This document shows, one piece after another, positions 55,922 through 64,000 of a stretch of DNA of 64,000 bases (position 1 is its first letter; every line of letters begins with the position of its first letter). Origin of the DNA: Octopus bimaculoides (Eukaryota); contig NC_068998.1 of the NCBI RefSeq assembly GCF_001194135.2, positions 18,688,915 to 18,752,914 of the forward strand, written 5' to 3'. The position numbers and the translations under genes were made by a program. Below the pieces are notes generated by a model. The model did not search any database. It saw nothing but the letters and a program-made list of their open reading frames with translations, and was not told the origin of the DNA.

Positions 55922-55976
<55 letters not shown>

Positions 55977-56258
55977 ATATGCACTCACGCACGCACATAC
56001 AGATACACATATACTACACGCACTCACACACACGCACGCATGCACACACACACACACATAATATATGCCTGCGCATCCCAACACACCTGAAGTTGTTATT
56101 TATGCATGAGTGTTAATCATTAATTTAAAATCACCGCTTATCTCCAACACGCTAAGATTACAAAAAAAAAAAAAGTCTATGAAAGAAATGTCAGTACCCA
56201 CCTTAAATGAAATCATAGAAGGGCCAGCCCCAAAATTTATCTTTCTTCCATTAGACAT
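35744..56258 (-). CDS. PSAT1: Phosphoserine aminotransferase, 373 aa; complement(join(35744..35861,36762..36899,37755..37883,41001..41170,42367..42461,43269..43346,45103..45308,47419..47488,49506..49566,56202..56258))
   Basis: SerC/PSAT motifs [45 protein letters not shown] (PLP lysine), [19 protein letters not shown]. Ten GT-AG exons total 1122 nt with consistent phases. Confidence 0.97.
36762..36899 (-). CDS. PSAT1: PSAT1 exon 9 ([13 protein letters not shown]...LSGH)
   Basis: 138 nt; canonical splice sites. Confidence 0.94.
37755..37883 (-). CDS. PSAT1: PSAT1 exon 8 (IYVLGAVV...IIDESNGFY)
   Basis: 129 nt; canonical splice sites. Confidence 0.94.
41001..41170 (-). CDS. PSAT1: PSAT1 exon 7 ([11 protein letters not shown]...NTPPVF)
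   Basis: 170 nt; PLP-binding lysine. Confidence 0.96.
41389..42130. mobile_element. GG-ended MITE with an internal (TTAGGG)n array, in PSAT1 intron 6
   Basis: TIR G(G/T)ATCTTTCTGATTTGGC(A/G)GGCGCCA; flanks GTCCATGT/GCCCATGG (6 of 8 match); ~170-bp internal inverted repeats; seven TTAGGG units at 41749-41798. Confidence 0.8.
42367..42461 (-). CDS. PSAT1: PSAT1 exon 6 ([31 protein letters not shown])
   Basis: 95 nt; CDMSS motif. Confidence 0.95.
42784..43163 (+). mobile_element. tRNA-derived SINE, family A, full length
   Basis: A/B boxes and (CAA)n tail. Confidence 0.88.
43269..43346 (-). CDS. PSAT1: PSAT1 exon 5 ([25 protein letters not shown])
   Basis: 78 nt; NET motif. Confidence 0.94.
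43455..43830 (-). mobile_element. RTE/RTE-X LINE relic with a Cys-rich insert
   Basis: CRKGVG...[15 protein letters not shown]...FVCGRC...[13 protein letters not shown]...[14 protein letters not shown]. Confidence 0.8.
45103..45308 (-). CDS. PSAT1: PSAT1 exon 4 (NIPENYHV...[12 protein letters not shown]...SYG)
   Basis: 206 nt; canonical splice sites. Confidence 0.95.
47419..47488 (-). CDS. PSAT1: PSAT1 exon 3 ([22 protein letters not shown])
   Basis: 70 nt; SHRS motif. Confidence 0.94.
48840..49243 (+). mobile_element. CORE-type SINE, family B (diverged)
   Basis: Same head, CORE and tail as the 16441 copy. Confidence 0.75.
49506..49566 (-). CDS. PSAT1: PSAT1 exon 2 ([20 protein letters not shown])
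   Basis: 61 nt; AG acceptor and gtaagt donor. Confidence 0.93.
52150..52935 (+). mobile_element. RTE LINE relic (end of the APE domain and linker)
   Basis: [17 protein letters not shown]...WKLKDP...[23 protein letters not shown]. Confidence 0.8.
52935..53969 (-). mobile_element. pogo/Tigger-type DNA transposon relic (N-terminal HTH and CENP-B HTH)
   Basis: [29 protein letters not shown]...WRK; [20 protein letters not shown]; terminal CCATATTTT next to TA. Confidence 0.75.
54020..54497 (-). mobile_element. CORE-type SINE, family B (gap in centre)
   Basis: Reverse complement of the 16441 copy. Confidence 0.8.
55601..55698 (+). ncRNA. Type I hammerhead ribozyme motif with intact core (Penelope/retrozyme-like)
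   Basis: Stem I TTTCT/AGAAG; CTGATGA at 55606-55612; 11-bp stem II AATTATACTCA/TGAGTA(T)TAATT; GAAA at 55682-55685; self-complementary ACAGTTGT helix III; GUA triplet with cleavage predicted after 55693. Confidence 0.7.
56202..56258 (-). CDS. PSAT1: PSAT1 exon 1 ([19 protein letters not shown])
   Basis: NFGAGP motif; gtgggt donor. Confidence 0.9.
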
Positions 56259-56785
56259 TGCAAGGATAAAGATAAGAAAGATCGATCAAAAATGAAAAAG
56301 AAAGTGATAGATATATGTAAATATGTAAGTACGACGTTGAAACACAGAACCTCTTTCGGAACAGAAATGTACACCAGATTGAAAATGCAACGTGGTTTAA
56401 ATTAAAACTCTAAAAAGTTTGTTTGCAGAATCACGTGGTATTTAGCTGTCGAGTCTATTGGGCGAGGATGGCGGTGGTAGCAGCTGTCTGGGTCTCTATA
56501 ATATAAGAGGAGTAAGAGTCGTAGGAGCTGAGAGCGATTGCTCAAATTCAAATTATGTGCTTTGCTCTCGCTCGAAAGTTTTACGCTTAGTTTAATTTGT
56601 CATAGTAACTTAGTCTTCAAATGAATAGAACCTTTTGCTTTTTGTTATTTTGTTATTCATTATTCATTTTCCCCGCCTCTCTCTTGGCATAAAGAAAACT
56701 TTTATTTTCCCATTTTCTCACTTGTTGGATTAGTTTTGTTTCTTTTGATTCAATAGCAATATATATATACATAGTCTGTCATACC

Positions 56786-56825
56786 GGCCATGACGAAGGG
56801 AAATAGCCCTGAAACTCGAGTCGCC
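56786..56825 (+). ncRNA. Minimal type I hammerhead motif with a 1-nt core insertion (probable relic)
   Basis: GGC-C(A)TGACGA-AGGG aaatag CCCT-GAAA-CTCGAG-TC-GCC; palindromic ACTCGAGT helix III; GUC triplet. Confidence 0.6.
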
Positions 56826-57289
56826 TTTACATATTTATATATTTGATCCTTTATATTGAACACTCAATATTTCATCTACATTCAATACTTTATTTCATAG
56901 TGCCATCCATTTTTATTTTATTTTATATTATATATTGTATATTCCATACCCCACATTGGTTCTGCAGGAATATAAATAAAACATAAAAAACAGACAGTGT
57001 TGGAACTCTTTTAAACAAAATAATATATTCCTCTATACACAATCATACAAAAAACCCACCTTTTTTGTACTTATTTTTACTCGCACATATATATATATAT
57101 ANNNNNNNNNNNNNNNNNNNNNNNNNNNNNNNNNNNNNNNNNNNNNNNNNNNNNNNNNNNNNNNNNNNNNNNNNNNNNNNNNNNNNNNNNNNNNNNNNNN
57201 NNNNNNNNNNNNNNNNNNNNNNNNNNNNNNNNNNNNNNNNNNNNNNNNNNNNNNNNNNNNNNNNNNNNNNNNNNNNNNNNNNNNNNNNN

Positions 57290-57338
<49 letters not shown>

Positions 57339-57949
57339 AGAGAGAGACCGCATTTTGTGTGAGTAATAAGAGATTGACCTAACTTCAACATTACTTCGTT
57401 GCGTTGAAGTAGGAGACATCCACCTAATAAAATATTCGGTAGCAGTTGCTTTAAATAGCGTGGCCGCAGTCCAATGACTGTAACAAGTGAAGGGTAAAGA
57501 AAGATATTAAAACCATTCATTGGCGCAAACACGTGTATTTTTTTTCTTTTACTTGTTACAGGCATTGAATGCAGTCATACTAGTTTTAGACTCAAGTACT
57601 TATTCTATCGCTCTCTTCCAACCAAACTGCTTTTTTATGAGCATGTAGATCCGAAACCTTTTGTCAGTGTCAAGAGACTAACGCACAGATATACTCACGC
57701 TCATAAACACGTGCGTGTGAGTGTTTATCTTAAAAACATACAAAGAATAAAACATTGACTAAAGGACTCAATGCATATATAACATTCAATATTTGTTATA
57801 ATTATGATACTCAATATATGTATGTACACACACACGCACAAACACACATGCACGCACACATACGCGCACGCACACACATTAAAGGAAGAGGAAAGGAAAA
57901 CCAAGGCAGGGCGTGCATCTCAGGTCGTTTAGAATATTTAATTAGAGTA

Positions 57950-59255
57950 AGGTGAATCAAGAAAGGAAATTTAAAATCTCTAAAACGTACAATACAGTCA
58001 ATTTTCCGGTAAAAATATACAAAACTGTATTACACGGAGTGCAAAAAATCTTGAGAGAGAAAACGGAGAAAATCGGTTGAAAACTGCAGAAGTTTTTATG
58101 GAGAAACCCATGTAAAATACTGCTTTCACGGTTTCTGACTTTAAGCGGGAACCCTGGGCAAAATGTTATAGTGTATGGCCATCCTTGGCACACACATAAT
58201 GTGTGTCTTAAGTTAGGTGAAAATCGGTTGAAAACTAGAAATCCATACGTGCTACACACACAGACATCCTTCGTTGGGAGAACGTACAAATACCGTAAAG
58301 ACAAAGATATTTACGCACGACAAAGTTGAAATACACTGAAGTCAATCTTTAGGCATATGTGGCAAAACTGAATTTAACCACACTGGGTGAACAAAAATTA
58401 AAAACAACTAAATCATTTTTCAGGGAGAACGTATAAAAACCGTAACAACAGATTTTTATGCACAACTAACTTAAATAGAAGGAAGTCAATTTCTAGACAG
58501 AACTTACAAATCCCGTTTGAGCGTATAAAGCTCTAGAAGAAAACAGCTTGAGTGAAAAAACTTGAGCCGCTTTAGGATAGCTTTTTCTTACACATGACCG
58601 CTCAATGGCCTGGTTAAAATCTCATTTGTTGGTAATAAAGGCTTATCGGTTGTATGTGGCCCATCGCGGTCATACGTACGCATGCACGACCTCATGCACC
58701 AGGTTTTTCGATAGAAGGAGAAATATAAATAGTGTATTTAAATAGACAGAGTGCAAAACAATTTTAAATAAGTAATTTTGTAGGGAGAACGTACAAGTGC
58801 CGTAAAGACGAAAATATTTACACACGACAAAACTGAAATATACTTAAATCAGTTTGTAGACAGAAGTTAGTTAGTGTGTGAGTGAGTTAAAGAGAGAGAG
58901 GGCGGAGGGAGAGAGATAGTGAAAGTGAAAGAAACACAGACTAAAAGAGAGGAATTACTACTGAGGGTGAGAGAGAATATGTGTAAGCAGGAGAAACGGA
59001 GAATAAGAAAAAGAGAGAAATAAACAGAGAGAGAGAAGGGAGAGAATAGGTTGAAAACTGCAGAAGTTTTTAGAGAAAAACCCGTGTAAAACACCGGTTT
59101 CTCGCTTTACGCGGGAGCTCTGAGCAAAATGTTACAGTGCATGACCATCCTTGTCACATAAGTAATGTTTGTGTAAAGTTCGATGAAAATTAGTTGAAAA
59201 TTGTATAAATGCATAAGTAGTACACACACACATACCTTTGTATTATATATATAGA
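57950..59255 (-). mobile_element. Non-autonomous Helitron-like element(s) with internal direct repeats
   Basis: Minus-strand A|TCTATATATATAAT 5' end at 59255; ~150-bp duplicate (about 58070 and 59045) and three ~85-bp units (about 58275, 58420 and 58780). Confidence 0.5.
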
Positions 59256-59289
59256 TAATCCCATCTATTTGATTAATTGTTCATACCTC

Positions 59290-60507
59290 GAGCGAAAAGT
59301 TCTTCAGGTTTCGAATTAAAGAAACGCTCAATATAACTTTTTAAACCTCTTTGCAAATAATAAACTCTTTCACCTCTAAATAATAGTGTAACCATCTGAA
59401 AGATGACAGCCAGATGCAGCAAGCTAAGAAAATAAAGACGTTGAGGAAAAGCGTCTATATTTTAGCACAGTTATCTTTTCCTCAATTACTCTAATATGTG
59501 GTCATGTACTATCCTGGAAGAGCAACACCTCTTTATGACTGACTAATGTTGGATACTTTTCTGCAAATTTTTGTGCAGTGCTTCCAATTGGCAACAATAC
59601 TTCTCTGCATGAACTGTTTTGTTTTGGTTTAACATTTTCATTAAAGACGATACCCTTCGTATCCTAGCAAACAAAGAAAAGTTTCTTGGGATGTAGTCCT
59701 GGTTTGGGAATGGATTCTCTTTTTTCAGTGGGCGCTACAAACCATTGTCGTTTCGTAGAGAACCCACTTTTCATCATTTGTATTGTGATGAAAGGTTCGG
59801 TAGCAAGTCTAATGACAACAGACAGCAGCTCCCTGATTGAGCCGAGAAATAGTCATGATGAGAGACCCATCGCCCAAGTTCAAACACTTTTCCTATTTCA
59901 GGAAGGTATTTTATGATCGAGGTGTGGCTTGAATTGAACTGTTTTACTAATTCGCGAGCAGTTTACTTTGGATTTTCCTCAACTACGGTTTTCAGAAGCT
60001 CAATATTGACAGAACTTGATCGTCCAGATTGAGGAGAATCTGTGAGAGAAATTTCCTGGGCAAAACCAGCCAAACCATATTTGGCATGTCCAGTCACTTA
60101 AAACTTTCATTTCCATAGCCAGAACGAATATTTTTTGCCGCTTCCATTGCCGTTTGGAATTCATAAAGCTTGCAATATCTCATATGGGTTTTGACCGCTA
60201 TTTCTAGCAATTTTTTGACATTTCTGATGCCTCCCATCCCACCCCGATCATGGAAGAGGCAGCGAATGCGCTGTTTTCTGATTGGCTGAAAATTATCAAA
60301 CTTTGAACATCTGTAATATTTTTGCAAAAGTGTTCTGGAATAAATGAATAACAAATTCGGATTCAACGTCAAAAGTTACATCTATTTGATGCATTCAAAA
60401 ATTTTTTTTAAGATAATTGTAAAAAGTGACGAAAACCGCAAAGACCCCCACGTGACATTAGTTTTGGCGGGAAAAATAAAGTCGGATCTTTTTGAACGCA
60501 CCTTGTA
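59290..60507 (-). mobile_element. mariner transposase relic
   Basis: KTHMRYCKLYEF...EAAKNI...; DEKWVLYE; PKPGLHPKK; FQDST*PH; TIR-like CAAGGTGCGTTCAAAAAGATCCGACTTT after TA; multiple stops. Confidence 0.85.
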
Positions 60508-62708
60508 CATAGCATACAGGATAAAGTCTTGAATTATTGAAACTTTCTGTATTTCCATTGTATATACATACTCGCACATCGGTATAAATAACTAATAGTA
60601 AATTTACGACCAGACATATTGTGGAGCGAATATATACACGCATATACACATGCACATAAACATACATACATATATACGTATGTATCTAATTATATTAGGC
60701 GTAGGCAGTGGCTGTATGGTAAGAAGCTAGCTTCCTATCCACATGGTTCTGGGTTCAGTCCTACAGGGTCTGCATATCTTGTATTTATGTTCCATAAAAC
60801 CTACCACCAGGCCATGTCAAAGGCTGTTTTAAAGTTAATGAACTTGAAGTGTTAAGGCATTTGATATACCTTTTGCTTTCTTAAATTGACTGTTTGACTA
60901 AATAAAAGAAAGCATCGAACGAGCTTCTAATAGGTCTAAAACTATTTGACTCTCTCCTAGATACTTATTCATTAAGAATATAATTTACGAAAAATACATA
61001 AGTGAAAAAGCATACAATCTCTAAGTTACGCAACAGGAAATACTGGTATTTTACTTTAAAAAAGAAATTTTAATGCAACCCAAAGCACTCATGGCATTAC
61101 TGCGAGTGATCGCGAAGCCGAGGCGCTGGGACAAGCTAAGCAACTTACGAAAACAAACCGATACTTCAATAAGACGAGATGTCAACGATGACAAAAATTA
61201 CATTGTCAGCTGCCCAGTTGCTCTGAAAGTCATGAATGCCACGGGTTAAAAAATATATTTCAGAACCTTATTCCATCTGGCTACGGAGGCAATAGCTCTC
61301 TCCTCCACAGTAGCATTTAGGATGAGTGATGGCTTGAAAGAGTCAGTTATAGTGGGAGACTGTTCGAAGGAGCAAAGCCACTCGTATTCAATCAGCATGG
61401 TGATCCATGTAGAATCCGCATTCAAAGGAATTTTATACATCACCAGCTCACTCTTCCGCATAAAACCCCATTTGTTAGACTATAAGGATGATATAGAGCT
61501 CTTCCGGGTTAAGTAAACTATCAACGTTCGTCTCAGACATAGCAATAGCAAGCCCCCTGGTTCCAATCAAGGAATACCATCGATATTCAATGCAAACAGT
61601 GCAGTAGTATCAACGGAGTTACTCCGCTCAACTCCCGAGGCAGAAAAAAAATTAACAGATTAAGAAAATCGAAGATAAGTGGAGTCCCAATGTACTCGCT
61701 AAGCAGAGTGGTTGAACTGTCAAGCCTTCTCTCTCACTAAGCTGAGAATGACATCATATCTGACTGAATTAAATGTGTTTTTAGGTAAACTTTGAGAACC
61801 ATCCTAGCAATATTCTCTCATGGTGTGGACGATTGCTTCACACTCCAGTTCAGTATCAACCTTGAGTTAAACGGGTGAGAACTCCGAATATATGCTATAG
61901 GAAACCGATGACAATATATTTTCGTTATAAAACATCTCAAAGTATATAAAATTCGAACGAGTCGGAGATCGTCCTTAAGCTTTTAAAGAACCAATAGATT
62001 TGCGCAAAGATCGAGGGACATATGTAGGGGAGGATACTCTTGGGAGAAAACGTGTTCACGAACTATGTGAGACATTCCAAAAGATGGAGGCCAGCCGACA
62101 TAGAGAGGTTACTTTACGATTTTGTGGGCGAAGACCATAAATTCTTGAACCAGGAACTACTGGGAATGATGTAATAACGGTACAGATTCAGGCCAGTCTA
62201 AGCAATCATCCAGATGAGCAGATGAATGATAGATCCGAAAAGAAATATACTTATGCATTATAACAAAATAATAAATAGAAAAGCAATTCAAAGATGAAAA
62301 ACAGTAGAGCCCTCACTATAGATGACTTTAATTCCGAACTAACAGAAGCAGAAGAGCACATACTCAATATTCAACATCTTAAGGAAAAGAGAAAAGACTC
62401 CAAAAGTCTGGATCTTTCTGCTGGTTAGAAAAAGCGGCGAGGTGGTAAAAACGTTAGCACATTTGACAAAATGTTTAGCGGCATTTCTTTTGACTCTACG
62501 TCTAAAGTTCAAATTATACTGAGGTCGACTTTGCTTCTCGTCCTTTCGAAGTCGATAAGATAAGAATCATTTGCGCACCGGTCGTTGTAATCGTTTATCC
62601 CGCTTCTCCCAAATTTTCAGGCCTTGTAGAAGGAAATATTAATACTTAGGGTAACAAGCGATACTGGAAAAAGTTTTAAGAAGAATCCTCCTCAATAGAA
62701 TAAAAAGT

Positions 62709-62930
62709 GGCGATCTTTCGTTTTGATTACATTTTACGTCATTTCTAATCCACGTGCGTTTGTTTATGTTTCTGAACAAAATCGTCGCTTTCCGTAAAAG
62801 GGTTTTAGGGTTAGGGTTAGGGAATTCCGTCCCTAACCCTGACTCTAACCCTAAAACCCTTTTACGGAAACATAAATAAACGCACGTGGATTAGAAATGA
62901 CGTAAAATGTAATCAAAACGAAAGATCGCC
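62709..62930. mobile_element. 222-bp fold-back MITE with a perfect 8-bp TSD (TAAAAAGT) and head-to-head TTAGGG/CCCTAA repeats; Merlin-like termini
   Basis: Starts GGCGATCTTTCG and ends CGAAAGATCGCC; arms nearly identical apart from an ~18-nt insertion and a few substitutions; TSD at 62701-62708 and 62931-62938. Confidence 0.9.
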
Positions 62931-64000
62931 TAAAAAGTAAAACCGAAGAAACAACGGGAAATATCGGATATATCTAACACTTTCCCAGGTATTGATAAGA
63001 GATACTGTCCTCGGTTTTCAGTGGTTTTTGACCGAAGAAACATTTACTCTTCCTGTTACTGTACACGATATCTGGTGGGAATTATCTCCCTTCCATAATT
63101 CAACATGGCGGCTTCGGTTAGTAAACACGTGTTTTTTCTTGAGTCGTTTTATTGAAACAAATTTTACTTTTTATACTTGCATAGAATTTCTCATTAATTT
63201 GTAATTTGATTATTGCTGTTATCACAATGATGTTTATAAATGACTTTTTACGGAATGTCTCTAAGCATATGAGAAACTAAATAACATAATGTAACTTATT
63301 TATTATGGTTACTTAGTTACTACGCAATGGAAGTGAGCACAAATTTGGAAATTGTTATTCAGTTGTTATATATAATGAGAATTTTGTCTATCCAGATAAT
63401 AATTCACACATTGAATATAGAATATTTTTGGAATCGCATGAAGAATAATTTAAAGAATGTCTTATACTCGAGTGTTTCAGTCGTTTATGTGTTTCAAAAT
63501 TCTGTCGCGCAACGAAATGAAGCGGCCACCAAGAACTTGCACTTTCTCTAATTTCTGTTCACTGTTATACCTCAATACAACCTACATTTTATGTTTAGAT
63601 GCTTTTTTTTTCTCGTTATAAAATTGGTTTTAAAATGGGTATACCTACACGTTTGTGCCCTCTGTCGATTTTGTTTTTTAATGAAATTGTGTATTGACCA
63701 GGAAATTTTCTACAAATTTTCAGTAGAACCTGAATTGTTTACTCAAAGGTAGTGCTCCAGCATGGCTTCAGCTTCTGGCTGAAACCAGTGAAAGAGTAAA
63801 TATGCATCAGATGGTCTAGATACCGATTATATCGGAATTTGTTGTAAAGAGGTTTTTCCGAGGGTGGGGAGAAGAGCTTCGGAAAATTCACTCGGGTTGG
63901 CTTTCCTATTAACTTTCCAAAAAACGGATATTTTTAATGAGATTTCCTATAAATACCTTTCAGATGGTGTATATTACGATTATATATTGAAATTGGTTAA

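Noticed and set aside
61246-62100. Weak RT-like string (HLLDYKDDIELF)
   Set aside because: Other RT motifs were not found in any frame; too degenerate to call.

Overview
AT-rich, microsatellite- and repeat-dense animal genomic DNA with many N gaps. The SINE/RTE repeat families suggest a cephalopod, most likely Octopus (inference). Three spliced genes were rebuilt by hand from GT-AG sites with consistent phases. (1) The 3' five exons of a two-lobed, GPI-type transferrin/melanotransferrin-like gene (+, 257-9903). (2) A complete 5-exon, 74-aa SMIM7 gene that the ORF track misses entirely (-, 15716-30521). (3) A complete 10-exon, 373-aa phosphoserine aminotransferase PSAT1 (-, 35744-56258). The rest is SINEs, RTE-LINE, Helitron, Penelope, mariner and pogo relics. 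The most interesting non-genic signals are four. First, hammerhead-ribozyme motifs with palindromic helix III: one has an intact core and is antisense in PSAT1 intron 1, while its sense-strand twin is crippled. Second, GG-ended MITEs with 8-bp target duplications, two of which carry TTAGGG telomere arrays. Third, a three-piece locally templated mosaic in a SMIM7 intron. Fourth, lobe-asymmetric iron ligands in the transferrin. None of these is proven to be a new system; all are hypotheses from reading the sequence.
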